Notes: generated by a model from the letters alone, not told the origin. Positions 17,362-27,827 are shown, counted from the first letter of the stretch. The stretch is 64,000 bases of DNA from Verrucomicrobiaceae bacterium (GCA_051252135.1 JBPOGH010000001.1:96001-160000), one strand, 5' to 3'. Program-made: numbers and translations.

Positions 17362-19125
17362 ATGACCATTCCAGAACAACTTACCGTAAAACTGCTAAGC
17401 GCATTGGCAGAGGCCGGAATCAATGTGCCTGATGCTTCGCGTATTCAGGTGAAGACGGCGGACGATCTTCGTTATGGTGATTATCAAAGCACGGTAGCGA
17501 TGATGCTGGCGAAGCCTGCGGGAATGAATCCGCGTGATTTGGCGACGTCATTGATGGAGAAGCTGGAGGTGGGTGAACTTGCGGAGGTGAGCATTGCGGG
17601 TCCGGGTTTTTTGAATTTCACGCTGACTCCGGCGACTTGGGCGGCCCAGGCGAAAGAGCAGTGGGGTGATGCGAATCATGCGGTCTCCACGGTTGAGAAT
17701 CCTGAGACGATCGTGGTGGATTTTTCGGCCCCCAACGTGGCGAAGCCGATGCACATTGGGCATATCCGGTCGACGATCATTGGCGAGTGCCTGGGCCGGG
17801 TGGCATCGAGGCTGGGTCACAAGGTGATCAAGGACAACCATATCGGGGACTGGGGAACGCAATTCGGCATGGTGACATGGGCGTGGAAGAAGGGCGTTGA
17901 TGAAGAGGCTTTGGAGTCGGCTCCCTTGCAGGAATTGTTGCGGCTTTATCGGTCGGCGAGTGAGGCGTGCAAGGAGGATGATGCGGTCAAAGATGCCTGC
18001 CGTCAGGAGCTTGTGTTGCTGCAGCAGGGGGATGCGGAGAATCGGGCGATTTGGGAACGGTGCCTGGAGCTTTCGAAGAAGGGATTGAACAAGATTTACG
18101 ATCGGCTCGGAGTTTCCTTCGATCACTGGTTGGGTGAGAGTGCCTACAATGATGCGCTGGCTCCATTGGTAGAGAAGCTGGAAGCTGAGGGATTGGCCCG
18201 CGAGAATGACGGGGCGCTGTGTGTGTTTTCCGATGAGTCGGGGAAGCCGAAGACGGATCCTTTTAAGATCAACCGGGATGGCGAGTGGCAGGATTTTCCG
18301 ATGATCGTGCGGAAGGGGGACGGGGCGTTCAACTACGCGACGACTGATATCGCGACGGTGGAGTTTCGAGCGCAGGAGTGGAAGGCGGACAAAGTGTGGT
18401 ATGTGGTGGACTTCCGGCAGGGCGGGCATTTCAAGCAGCTTTTTGAGGTGTCACGTCGGTTGGGATACGATCAGCTGGAGCTGGAGCACGTGGCTTTTGG
18501 GACGATTCTCGGGAAAGACGGCAAGCCTCTTAAGACACGGGCGGGTGATTTGCCCCAGCTGGCGGATGTGCTGGATGATGCGGTGAAGGCCGCGCGTCTG
18601 GTGGTGGGTGAAAAGAGTCATCTTGAGACCGACGAGGAGAAGGATGAGTTGGCGGAATTGATCGGGGTGAACTCGGTGAAGTTCACCGAATTGGCGCACC
18701 ACCGGATGTCGGATTACGTTTTTGATTTGGATAAAATGGTGGCACTTGAAGGGGATACGGCACCGTATCTATTCTACAGCTATGTGCGGGCGCGTTCGAT
18801 CTTCCGGAAACTGGAAGAGGGGGAATTTGAGAAGCTGAGTGCGGAGAATCTGGTGATCACGGAGGCGGCGGAAATTCATCTCGTGCGGATGCTGACGCGT
18901 TTTGGCGACAATGTGCGGACAGTGCTTGATGACTATCGCCCGAATCTACTGGCGACCTATCTTTTGGAGTTGGCGAGATCGTTTCACTCGTTCTTTGAAG
19001 CTTGTCCGGTGTTGAAGTCGGAAGGGGAAGTGCGGGAGAGTCGATTGATTCTGTGTGATCTGACTTCCAGGGTGATTAAGGATGGACTCGACCTTTTGGG
19101 GATCGAAGTGCCTGAACGGATGTAG
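17362..19125 (+). CDS. argS: Arginine--tRNA ligase
   Basis: GDYQ, AGPGFLN, VDFSAPNVAKPMHIGH, GDWGTQFG, DALR-type C-terminus ending PERM. Confidence 0.97.
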   Translation: MTIPEQLTVKLLSALAEAGINVPDASRIQVKTADDLRYGDYQSTVAMMLAKPAGMNPRDLATSLMEKLEVGELAEVSIAGPGFLNFTLTPATWAAQAKEQWGDANHAVSTVENPETIVVDFSAPNVAKPMHIGHIRSTIIGECLGRVASRLGHKVIKDNHIGDWGTQFGMVTWAWKKGVDEEALESAPLQELLRLYRSASEACKEDDAVKDACRQELVLLQQGDAENRAIWERCLELSKKGLNKIYDRLGVSFDHWLGESAYNDALAPLVEKLEAEGLARENDGALCVFSDESGKPKTDPFKINRDGEWQDFPMIVRKGDGAFNYATTDIATVEFRAQEWKADKVWYVVDFRQGGHFKQLFEVSRRLGYDQLELEHVAFGTILGKDGKPLKTRAGDLPQLADVLDDAVKAARLVVGEKSHLETDEEKDELAELIGVNSVKFTELAHHRMSDYVFDLDKMVALEGDTAPYLFYSYVRARSIFRKLEEGEFEKLSAENLVITEAAEIHLVRMLTRFGDNVRTVLDDYRPNLLATYLLELARSFHSFFEACPVLKSEGEVRESRLILCDLTSRVIKDGLDLLGIEVPERM

Positions 19126-19130
19126 TTTTT

Positions 19131-19883
19131 ATGAGTGCTCCAATTGTCATTAAAATCGGGACCGGAGTTCTCACGCGTGAGAACGGGACACTCGACGGGT
19201 CGTCGCTGGTGAAGCTGGTCACTGCGGTGGCGGCGCTGCAGGCGGCAGGGCATTCGTGCATCATGGTATCTTCCGGAGCGGTGGGAGCCGGAGTTTCGGC
19301 CTTGGGATTGACCTCGTATCCGGCGGATGTGGAGAGTCGGCAGGCGGCGGCTGCGGTGGGACAGGCGCGGCTGATGCAGCGCTACGAGACGCTCTTTCAG
19401 CAGTTTGATTTGAATGTGGCCCAGCTTCTTTTGACGGGGCCGGATTTCGAAAATAACCGGGACCGGATTTCGGCGACGATCCAGCGGCTACTTGCACATG
19501 GACAGATTGTTCCGATCATCAACGAGAATGACTCGGTGGCGATTGAGGAGCTTCGGGTGGGGGATAACGATATGCTTTCGGCGAAGGTGGCCGAGTTGAT
19601 CGGAGCAAAGCAGTTGATTCTGTTTACGACGGTGGATGGCTTGCTGCCACCGGAGGGCGAAGAAATCATTGAGGTGGTCAACAATGTCGAGGAAGTGCTG
19701 GATTTTGCCCGGGATGAGAGCGGTAAGTTTTCGATCGGAGGGATGGCTTCCAAGCTGAAAGCGGTTTCTTATGCGACCAGGAACGGGACGGCGGTGATGA
19801 TTGCCAACGGACGTAAGCCCGAGCAGTTGCTGGAGCTGGTGAACGGTGGTGGGCGGGGGACGCGGTTTTTGCCATCGACGTAG
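19131..19883 (+). CDS. proB: Glutamate 5-kinase (no PUA domain)
   Basis: VIKIGT, VSSGAV, AAVGQ, PIINEND, GDND, GGMASKL. Confidence 0.95.
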   Translation: MSAPIVIKIGTGVLTRENGTLDGSSLVKLVTAVAALQAAGHSCIMVSSGAVGAGVSALGLTSYPADVESRQAAAAVGQARLMQRYETLFQQFDLNVAQLLLTGPDFENNRDRISATIQRLLAHGQIVPIINENDSVAIEELRVGDNDMLSAKVAELIGAKQLILFTTVDGLLPPEGEEIIEVVNNVEEVLDFARDESGKFSIGGMASKLKAVSYATRNGTAVMIANGRKPEQLLELVNGGGRGTRFLPST

Positions 19884-19949
19884 GGGAAGTATTCTTTGCG
19901 ATTGATTCCCTTTGCGAACCCGAGGTTCTCGGTTATGTCTCTGCGCAAG

Positions 19950-21212
19950 ATGACGAGCGAAGAGATCCGCGATGAGATTTACGGGATGGGGAAGAAGGCG
20001 CGTGCGGCGGCGCATGCCTTGGCAATTCTTTCCGAGGAGAAAAAGAATGAGATTCTTCGGGCGATGGCGGCCGGGATTCGTTCGGCGGAAGCGGAAATAT
20101 TGGAAGCCAACAAGCTTGATATCGCGGCTGGAGAAGAGCGGGGGCTGACCACGGCGATGCTGGATCGGCTTCGGCTTGATGAGGTTCGGCTGGAAGCGGT
20201 GGCGGCCGGAGTGGAGAAGGTAGCGACGCTGCCCGATCCGGTGGGAGAGGAATTGGGAGAATGGAGTCGGCCGAATGGGATCCGGATTCAGCAGGTGCGG
20301 GTGCCGATTGGAGTGATCGGGATTATTTATGAGAGCCGCCCGAATGTGACGAGCGATGCAGCGGTGCTTTGTCTGAAGTCGGGGAATGCGACCATTTTGA
20401 GAGGAGGCTCGGAAGCGATTCATTCGAATCGTGCTTTGGCGAAGGCTCTTCAATCGGGTGGTGAGAATGCCGGTTTGCCGGCAGGGGCGATTCAGCTGAT
20501 TCCTTTTACGGATCGTGAAAGCGTGGCGGTGATGGCAGGGATGGACAAGTATCTCGACCTCATTATTCCCCGGGGAGGAAAGGGGCTGATTGAAACGGTG
20601 GTGTCACTGGCACGGATGCCGGTGATCAAGCATTACGATGGGATTTGCCATGCTTACATTCATCCCGAAGCGGATCAGGAAATGGCGGTGAAGATTGTGG
20701 TGGATTCCAAGACGCAGAAGCCGAGCGTGTGCAATGCGCTGGAGACGCTGTTGGTCGACGAAGCGATCGCGGATGAGTTTTTGCCGAAGGTCGCGGCGGC
20801 GCTGGGAGAGAAGAATGTGGAGCTTCGTGGAGATGAAGCGACGCAGGCGGTGATTCCCGTGGTTCCTGCGAGTGAGGAGGATTGGAGCACGGAATATCTG
20901 GACTACATTTTGGCAGTGAAGGTGGTGCCTTCATTGGACGCGGCAATTGCCCATATCAACGAATACAGTTCCCAGCATACCGAGACGATCGTGACGGAGA
21001 ACCGGGAGGCTGCGGAGAGGTTTCTACGCGAGATTGATTCGGCCTGTCTTTTCCACAATGTGTCGACTCGTTTCAGCGACGGGGAGGAGTTCGGTTTCGG
21101 GGCCGAGATTGGGATTTCGACCGACAAACTTCATGCGCGCGGACCGATGGGTCTGCGTGAGTTGACCTCGTATCAATATCGGGTCAGAGGTGAGGGGCAG
21201 ACCAAGGCCTGA
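19950..21212 (+). CDS. proA: Gamma-glutamyl phosphate reductase
   Basis: VPIGVIGIIYESRPNVT, VCNALET, NVSTRFSDG, GAEIGISTDKLHARGPMGL. Start at 19950 or 19935. Confidence 0.96.
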   Translation: MTSEEIRDEIYGMGKKARAAAHALAILSEEKKNEILRAMAAGIRSAEAEILEANKLDIAAGEERGLTTAMLDRLRLDEVRLEAVAAGVEKVATLPDPVGEELGEWSRPNGIRIQQVRVPIGVIGIIYESRPNVTSDAAVLCLKSGNATILRGGSEAIHSNRALAKALQSGGENAGLPAGAIQLIPFTDRESVAVMAGMDKYLDLIIPRGGKGLIETVVSLARMPVIKHYDGICHAYIHPEADQEMAVKIVVDSKTQKPSVCNALETLLVDEAIADEFLPKVAAALGEKNVELRGDEATQAVIPVVPASEEDWSTEYLDYILAVKVVPSLDAAIAHINEYSSQHTETIVTENREAAERFLREIDSACLFHNVSTRFSDGEEFGFGAEIGISTDKLHARGPMGLRELTSYQYRVRGEGQTKA

Positions 21213-21217
21213 TTCCT

Positions 21218-21862
21218 TTATTCCGCATCTGCGGGCTCGTCTTCAACCGGAGGAGCGGCCGGCTTGCCGTCCTTGATGTCGGTGAAGAGGGAGATTTCTC
21301 CTTTGCGACCGATTTTTTCCTGCTTGGAGACGTAGCCGTTGTTGAGTCCGGCCAGAAGGGCGAGCACACCCAGAACGAAGGTTCCAAAACCCAGCATGCC
21401 TCCGCCCGTATTGGAGGAGGTGAGCATGGGGTGGGGGGCAAGTGGGCCCGGGGAAGCGGAAGCGGGTGCTTGGCGAAGCTTGCGTCCTGCCGGGGGAGCG
21501 GCCGGTGCGGCTTCTTTTTTCTTCTCGTGAGCTTCAAACTTTTCGTCGTCGAGCTCATCGAGTTCATCGTCGCTGAGAGTGTATTCGAATTGGACGTCTC
21601 CTACTTTGACGTCGTCGCCATTTCGAAGGTCGATGATTTCCATTTCGTCTTCATCGAGTGAGATCCCGTTGGTGGATTTGCGGTCGCGGAGGATGTAGCC
21701 ACCGGAGACGCGTTCCATGGTGCAGTGGGTCCCTGAAACGGAAGGGTCGTCGATAACGATGTCGTTATCGTTGCTCCGCCCAATGGTGACCTTGGTGCGG
21801 TCGAGCTTGAAACGGTAGGGCTGGGAGTTTTTTCCGGGGATCGTGATGCTAACGCGTGGCAT
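21218..21862 (-). CDS. FHA domain membrane protein
   Basis: FHA motifs IGR...VSGTH...STNG, acidic linker, TM segment near the C-terminus. Confidence 0.88.
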   Translation of the reverse strand: MPRVSITIPGKNSQPYRFKLDRTKVTIGRSNDNDIVIDDPSVSGTHCTMERVSGGYILRDRKSTNGISLDEDEMEIIDLRNGDDVKVGDVQFEYTLSDDELDELDDEKFEAHEKKKEAAPAAPPAGRKLRQAPASASPGPLAPHPMLTSSNTGGGMLGFGTFVLGVLALLAGLNNGYVSKQEKIGRKGEISLFTDIKDGKPAAPPVEDEPADAE

Positions 21863-21975
21863 GAAGCGATTTGTAGGTTGTGGAGGATACTATCCACAGT
21901 CGAGGACGCTTGGCCAATGGAAAACTCGCATTCGTGAGCTTGCCTTTTTCTCCTGAGAATCAAGCATTGACCCGT

Positions 21976-23034
21976 ATGGAGGCAATTAAGGCAAAGAGGG
22001 TGACCAAGTGCTTCGGAGAAGTGACGGCACTCAATCAGGTTTCTTTGGAGATTGAGCCGGGGGAGTTGTTTTTCCTGTTAGGTGGAAGCGGGTGCGGGAA
22101 GACGACCTTGCTTCGGTGCATCGCGGGGCTGGAGTCACCGACGGAGGGCGAGATTCATTTTGGTGACCGGAATGTGACGAACTTGCCTCCGCACAAGCGT
22201 GAGGCGGCGATGGTTTTCCAAAGTTATGCCCTGTGGCCGCACATGACGGTGGGGCAGAATATTGCTTTTGGACTGGAGGAGAGGAAGGTGCCGAAGGATG
22301 AGATTCAGAGGCGGGTTGAAGAAGCGCTCTCGATGGTGAAGCTGGAGGGGTATGGGCCGAGGGGGATTGACCAGATGTCGGGAGGTCAGCAGCAACGGGT
22401 GTCGCTTGCGCGGGCGCTGGTGGTGAAGCCGAAGTGTCTTTTGCTGGATGAGCCTCTTTCCAACCTGGATGCCCAACTGCGGTTGGAGATGCGCTCGGAA
22501 ATTCGGCGGATTACCAAGGAGAATGACCTCACCGGAGTCTATGTGACGCACGATCAGGCGGAAGCGCTATCGATGGCAGACCGGATGGCGGTGATGGATC
22601 TGGGGAATATTGTGCAGGTTGGCCCACCGGAAGAGATTTACCGGAATCCGAACTGCTCCTACGTGGCGGGATTTATCGGTGAGACCAATTTGATCAAGGG
22701 GATAGGCGGAAGCGCTGATGGCGAGGTGGAGACGGCCAGCGGAGTGCTACGAGGACGAATTACGGTGCCGGAATGGACACCAAAACAGGGTGAGGATGTG
22801 TTGGTGTCGATCCGTCCCGAGGCCCTGACCTTGGGCGATGTGGCCGGAGCGACGTTGAGAGGGAAGATTCGGGAGCGGACTTATTTGGGGAATTTGATCC
22901 AGTATGCGGTGGAGCTGGCTGATGGGACATTGGTGCAGGTGACCGAGATGAATCCCCATCTTATCCGTGAACCGGGCGAAGCGGAGATCGGGCTTTTTGC
23001 GAGTGAACAGGACATCATTGTCCTCAAAGACTAA
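21976..23034 (+). CDS. ABC transporter ATP-binding protein (Fe3+/polyamine PotA-FbpC type)
   Basis: GGSGCGKT, VFQSYALWPH, MSGGQQQR, LLDEPLSNLD, TOBE-like tail. Confidence 0.93.
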   Translation: MEAIKAKRVTKCFGEVTALNQVSLEIEPGELFFLLGGSGCGKTTLLRCIAGLESPTEGEIHFGDRNVTNLPPHKREAAMVFQSYALWPHMTVGQNIAFGLEERKVPKDEIQRRVEEALSMVKLEGYGPRGIDQMSGGQQQRVSLARALVVKPKCLLLDEPLSNLDAQLRLEMRSEIRRITKENDLTGVYVTHDQAEALSMADRMAVMDLGNIVQVGPPEEIYRNPNCSYVAGFIGETNLIKGIGGSADGEVETASGVLRGRITVPEWTPKQGEDVLVSIRPEALTLGDVAGATLRGKIRERTYLGNLIQYAVELADGTLVQVTEMNPHLIREPGEAEIGLFASEQDIIVLKD

Positions 23035-23038
23035 GGGT

Positions 23039-24517
23039 ATGAAGGGAGCCTGGAAAAAGTATCTCGGAGTTTTTGTCCCGCTGGGGATTGTAGTGGCGAC
23101 GCCATTGATTTTACGTGACTCTGTTGCGGAGGGTGCAGATTCAGCGGACCGGCGACTTGAAATAATTACGCCGCACAATGAGATGATCCGCCGTGAGTTC
23201 GGGGAGGCATTTTCGAAGTGGTATGAGGAGGAGACCGGAGAAACGGTTTATGTGAATTGGCGAACACCGGGGGGGACGAGCGAGATCAAGCGGGTGTTGG
23301 ATGGCGCCTATGAGGCGGCGGAAGAGCGGGGGAGCGAAGGGGTGGGAATTGATCTCTTTTTTGGCGGTGGAGAGTATGACTTTTCAGCGCAGGCGAAACT
23401 GGGACGATTTCAGGTGTTGGATATTTTTGAAGACCAGCCGGGACTTTTTGGAGAGGAGGCAATTCCCCAGACTTTGGGTGGCGAGAAGTACTATGGCTCC
23501 GATCATGATTGGGTGGGAGTGTGTCTGTCGTCCTTCGGGATTTGTTACAATTCCGATAGTCTGAAACGGAGAGGGATTGATGCTCCGGTCCAGTGGGAAG
23601 ATTTGGGCGATCCGGCCTATCAAAAAGGGGTGGCCCTGGCGGATCCAACCAAAAGCGGTTCGGTGGCGAAGGCTTTTGAGATGTTGATCCAGCAGCAGAT
23701 TCACGAGGAATTGGTCAACGGTTTAAGCCGGGAGGAGGCGGCAGCGAAGGGGTGGATCGAGGGGCTGAATTTGATTCAGCGAATCACGGCGAATGCGAAG
23801 TATTTTACCGATAGCTCGTCGAAGCCGCCGCGGGACGTGGCCCAGGGTGATGCGGTGGCGGGGATGTCGATCGACTTTTACGGGAGAACCTACAATGAGA
23901 TGCTCAAGAAGGATGACGGGTCGTCGCGGTTGCAATTCACGACACCCGAAGGAGGGACGTCGATCAGTGTGGATCCGGTGGCAATTTTGAAAGGAGCTCC
24001 GCATCGGGAGTTGGCCCAGGACTTCGTGCGTTTTCTCCTGAGCAAGAAAGGGCAAATGCTTTGGAATGCCAGGCCTGGTGGGGAAATGGGGCCGCGGTTT
24101 CGGGCACTGCGGCGTCTGCCAATTCGACGTGATCTTTACACGGAAGAGTATCTTGCCCTGATGGTGGATCGGGACGCCCGGCCCTATGAGTTGGCGGACC
24201 GTTTCTTCTATGACTCTTCGCTGACGGGTCATCTTTTCACGCCCCTAAGGAATATTATCCGGGTGATGTCGATTGATACCCATGAGGAGATGAAGTCGGC
24301 GTGGGCGGCCTTGATTGAGGCGGACTTTCCGGAAGAGGCGACAAAGGTGTTTTTTGACGTGAGTCCGGTGAGCTACGAGCTGACAGCGACCGAGATTCGT
24401 CCGATTTTAAAATCGGGAGATAAGGTGGAGGCTGTTCGTCTGGCCAATCGGCTCGGGAAGCATTTCCGGGAGAATTATGAAAAGGCCGAGCGTCTTGCGA
24501 AAGAATCACTGAAATGA
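23039..24517 (+). CDS. ABC transporter substrate-binding protein (AfuA/FbpA-like)
   Basis: N-terminal anchor, IITPH, DLFFGGG, ADPTKSGS, DPVAILKGAP. Confidence 0.85.
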   Translation: MKGAWKKYLGVFVPLGIVVATPLILRDSVAEGADSADRRLEIITPHNEMIRREFGEAFSKWYEEETGETVYVNWRTPGGTSEIKRVLDGAYEAAEERGSEGVGIDLFFGGGEYDFSAQAKLGRFQVLDIFEDQPGLFGEEAIPQTLGGEKYYGSDHDWVGVCLSSFGICYNSDSLKRRGIDAPVQWEDLGDPAYQKGVALADPTKSGSVAKAFEMLIQQQIHEELVNGLSREEAAAKGWIEGLNLIQRITANAKYFTDSSSKPPRDVAQGDAVAGMSIDFYGRTYNEMLKKDDGSSRLQFTTPEGGTSISVDPVAILKGAPHRELAQDFVRFLLSKKGQMLWNARPGGEMGPRFRALRRLPIRRDLYTEEYLALMVDRDARPYELADRFFYDSSLTGHLFTPLRNIIRVMSIDTHEEMKSAWAALIEADFPEEATKVFFDVSPVSYELTATEIRPILKSGDKVEAVRLANRLGKHFRENYEKAERLAKESLK

Positions 24518-26208
24518 ACAAGAAGATTGCCTACACCCTAACCATCGCGGTGAGTCTCTTCTTCGCGGTCTTTTTTCTGTATCCGGCAGTCATGGTGCTG
24601 AAGGAGGCGTTCTATGCGGAGGGCGAGGGGTTCACCTTTGGATTTGTAAGGGAGGTTTTCAAGAATCCGGTTTATGTGGAGGGATTGTGGAACGCCTTCA
24701 TGCTTGGAATAACGAGCACCTTGGCCAGCTTGCTGATTGCCTTTCCATTGGCGCTTCTGGGGCATCGATATGGCTTTGCGTTTAAGAAGACGTTGTCGTC
24801 GCTTATTCTGATTCCGCTGGTGTTGCCACCGTTTGTGGGCGCGGTGGGGGTGAAGCAGATTCTGGGGCATCAGGGAGCGCTCAATGCGGTGTTGGTGCAT
24901 TTGGGCGTGATCGATGTGGGGGCGCCCATTGATTGGTTGGGGGAGAGCCGGTTTATGGGGATCGTGATTATGAACGCGCTCCACCTTTATCCGATTCTTT
25001 ACATGAATGTGGCGGCGTCATTGTCGAACATCGATCCGGCGATGGAGCAGGCGGCGCAGAATCTTGGCTGTCCGCCGTGGAGGCGGTTGTGGAGGATTAC
25101 GTTGCCACTGTGTATGCCGGGGATCTTTGCGGGTGGGGCGATTGTTTTCATTTGGTCATTCACCGAGTTGGGAGTGCCTCTGGTGTTTGATTACGCCCGG
25201 GTGGCTCCGGTGCAGGTTTATGACGGGATTAAGGATTTGGGGTCGAATCCGTTTCCCTATGCGCTGGTGGCGATCATGTTGGTGGTTTCGACGGCGGTAT
25301 TCCTGATTTCGAAAGCGGTGTTGGGTCGTTCCAAGCTGGGGACCGCGCCGAGACCGAAAGGACGCTCCAACGAGATTCAGCTGAAGGGGGTGGGCTCCTG
25401 GGCCTGTGCGTTGTTTTTCTTTGCGGTCTTCTTTATTTCATCACTGCCGCATCTCGGGGTGGTGATTCTTTCGATGGCTCAGGATTGGTATGCCACGATT
25501 CTGCCCGAGGCTTGGACCATGGACCATTATCGGGAAGCTCTCGGGCATCCTCTGGTGGTGCCATCGATTCAGAACAGCCTGCTTTATGCCAGTGGCTCGA
25601 CTCTGGTGGATTTGATTCTCGGGGTGGCGATCGCATGGGTGATTGTGCGGAGTTCGATCAAGGGTCGGGCAATTCTTGATGCGCTGGTGATGCTGCCCCT
25701 GGCGGTGCCGGGGTTGGTGTTGGCCTTCGGTTATTTGGCCTTATCCCAGGAGGGTCGGGCATTCCACTTTCTGGTGGGGGCGGCGGACGATCCGACCTGG
25801 CTGCTGATCATTGCCTATGCGGTACGAAGACTTCCGTACGTTGTGCGGTCTGCGGTAGCCGGATTGCAACAGAGCAACATTGCGCTTGAGGAAGCGGCGC
25901 AGTCGCTCGGAGCGACGCCGCTGCGAACCTTGAGGCGGGTGTCGCTTCCTTTGCTGGGGGCGAATCTGATTGCAGGTGGTATTTTGGCGTTCGCCTTTGC
26001 GATGCTGGAGGTGAGTGACAGTCTCATTCTCGCGCAGCAGGCCGAGCATTTCCCGATCACCAAGGCAATCTATTCACTGCTGGGAACACTGGGGAATGGC
26101 TACGAGCTGGCGGCCGCGCTGGGGGTGTGGGCAATGGCGTTTTTGGCGATTGCGATCATCGGAGCAGTGGTGCTCGGTGGGAAAAAGGGCGGCCTTTTCC
26201 GGATGTGA
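24514..26208 (+). CDS. ABC transporter permease (fused two-domain FbpB type)
   Basis: Many TM segments and two EAA loops (EQAAQNLG, EEAAQSLGA); ATGA overlap. Confidence 0.92.
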   Translation: MNKKIAYTLTIAVSLFFAVFFLYPAVMVLKEAFYAEGEGFTFGFVREVFKNPVYVEGLWNAFMLGITSTLASLLIAFPLALLGHRYGFAFKKTLSSLILIPLVLPPFVGAVGVKQILGHQGALNAVLVHLGVIDVGAPIDWLGESRFMGIVIMNALHLYPILYMNVAASLSNIDPAMEQAAQNLGCPPWRRLWRITLPLCMPGIFAGGAIVFIWSFTELGVPLVFDYARVAPVQVYDGIKDLGSNPFPYALVAIMLVVSTAVFLISKAVLGRSKLGTAPRPKGRSNEIQLKGVGSWACALFFFAVFFISSLPHLGVVILSMAQDWYATILPEAWTMDHYREALGHPLVVPSIQNSLLYASGSTLVDLILGVAIAWVIVRSSIKGRAILDALVMLPLAVPGLVLAFGYLALSQEGRAFHFLVGAADDPTWLLIIAYAVRRLPYVVRSAVAGLQQSNIALEEAAQSLGATPLRTLRRVSLPLLGANLIAGGILAFAFAMLEVSDSLILAQQAEHFPITKAIYSLLGTLGNGYELAAALGVWAMAFLAIAIIGAVVLGGKKGGLFRM

Positions 26209-26209
26209 T

Positions 26210-27166
26210 TTATTGCTTTTTGAGCCAGTTGGAAACGTCGCCAATGACGCGGTCGCTCTCGTGATCGAAGAAGAGGAGGTGGAAGCTTTCGGGGTAGAAT
26301 TTGCGTGTGGTTTTTTCCGGATTGGGAAGGGAGGCCGCGAACGCTTCGACATCTTTGGGATCGGAGAAGACGTCTTTTCCTCCATGAAGGAGGAGCAGGG
26401 GGATGTCGATGGTTTGTGAGGCTTCTCCGGATTTGCGGATCATGTCTCCAAGGGTGGAGAGAAGGCGAAGGGTGTGGCGTTCGATATGGTAGGAATTTTG
26501 CTCGGCTTGTTCCTGGTGAACGGATTCCTTGGTGACATTGACATCGTCCTTTCCCGAGAGGGTTTCCAGAGAGACGCGCATGGTGGGGAAGATGGCAGCG
26601 AGAATGTGCGCGGCTTTTTCTTTCCAAAGCGGGAAGTCGCCGCGGATGTCGACAATGGGAGAGGAGAGGATCATGGCGTCGCAGAGTTGGGTGCGATCAG
26701 GTGCGGCGGCGTAGGCATGGAGGACGATGAGGGAGCCCATGCTTTCGCCACACCAAACGATCCTGGCATTGGGGTGCTTCTCCCTGATGAGTGAGGTGAA
26801 GCTGTAGAGGTCACGGAACCAATCGGAGCGCTTGCGGATGTGGCCGCGGCGAGCAACGACGGGGTCATTTCCCTGACCTCTCGTTTCTGCGGCATAGACG
26901 GCGGTGCGAGGCAGGCTTGTGAGGAGATGGTCGGCGAGGGGGCGATAGTCGGAGGCCGCACCTGAAATGCCGTGGACGCCAATGACGATCAATTCGGGCT
27001 CTTCCTTGGGCAGCCATTTGGTGTAAGGAAGGAGGTCTCCGTCAAAGGAGTGGAGGGATTTTTGGTCGAGTCGGACGGATTCGGGCACAGCAAGTGAGGT
27101 GGAGCAGTGGACGAGCAGGGGAACGCAGGTGAGCATGAGGAAGATGCGGGCTGCATGTCGAAACAT
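26210..27166 (-). CDS. Alpha/beta hydrolase (lysophospholipase-like), probable lipoprotein
   Basis: VHG oxyanion motif, RGQG, nucleophile GESMG, HGGKD, late His; lipobox-like LLVHC. Confidence 0.85.
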   Translation of the reverse strand: MFRHAARIFLMLTCVPLLVHCSTSLAVPESVRLDQKSLHSFDGDLLPYTKWLPKEEPELIVIGVHGISGAASDYRPLADHLLTSLPRTAVYAAETRGQGNDPVVARRGHIRKRSDWFRDLYSFTSLIREKHPNARIVWCGESMGSLIVLHAYAAAPDRTQLCDAMILSSPIVDIRGDFPLWKEKAAHILAAIFPTMRVSLETLSGKDDVNVTKESVHQEQAEQNSYHIERHTLRLLSTLGDMIRKSGEASQTIDIPLLLLHGGKDVFSDPKDVEAFAASLPNPEKTTRKFYPESFHLLFFDHESDRVIGDVSNWLKKQ

Positions 27167-27263
27167 AAGAAAATATTGAACGCGCGAAGAGACAAAGAAC
27201 ATCCTTAAATTTGAACAGAAGGGGCGCGGAGGGTTCCCATATTGCGAAACGATACTGCCTCTT

Positions 27264-27827
27264 ATGATCCAAATCAGACAAATTATCTACGCTCTTGCCG
27301 CCCTCACTTGCACCCTCTCTGCTGCGATTCGTCCAGGGGATCTTCTTATTGTTTCTGTGAAGGGGGTGCCTGCGGAGGAGCAGAGTACGATAGATGGAGA
27401 ATATCCGGTGGGAAAGGATGGCCGAATCAAGGTGCCGCTGGCAGATGTCATGATTAACGCCCAGGGGCTGGAGAATGAGCAACTGGCGCGCGCCATTGAA
27501 GAGGTCTACAAAAGTGCCGGAATTTACGTGCGCCCAACGATCACGGTGAAGAGCAATGTGGAGGTGGCGAAAGACCGATCTCTGGTGAGTGTGGGAGGTC
27601 GGGTGAAGCGGGCGGGGCCGGTTCCGTTTCGTTCGGGAATGACCTTGTTGCAGGCGATTCAGGCGGCGGGAGACCTCGATATGTTCGGGACCAAAAAGAG
27701 AATTTTTGTGACCCGGGGGAAGAAGGCGTGGAAGTTTGATCTTCGGAAGAAGGAGCACCAACAGTTCAAGCTGGAGGCGGAGGATACGATCGTGGTGGAT
27801 CAGAAGGGGACGTTCGACAAGGAGTAG
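27264..27827 (+). CDS. Polysaccharide export (Wza/Poly_export + SLBB) family protein, short form
   Basis: IRPGDLL, VGKDGRIKVP, VGGRVKRAG, TLLQAIQAAG; signal peptide. Confidence 0.85.
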   Translation: MIQIRQIIYALAALTCTLSAAIRPGDLLIVSVKGVPAEEQSTIDGEYPVGKDGRIKVPLADVMINAQGLENEQLARAIEEVYKSAGIYVRPTITVKSNVEVAKDRSLVSVGGRVKRAGPVPFRSGMTLLQAIQAAGDLDMFGTKKRIFVTRGKKAWKFDLRKKEHQQFKLEAEDTIVVDQKGTFDKE

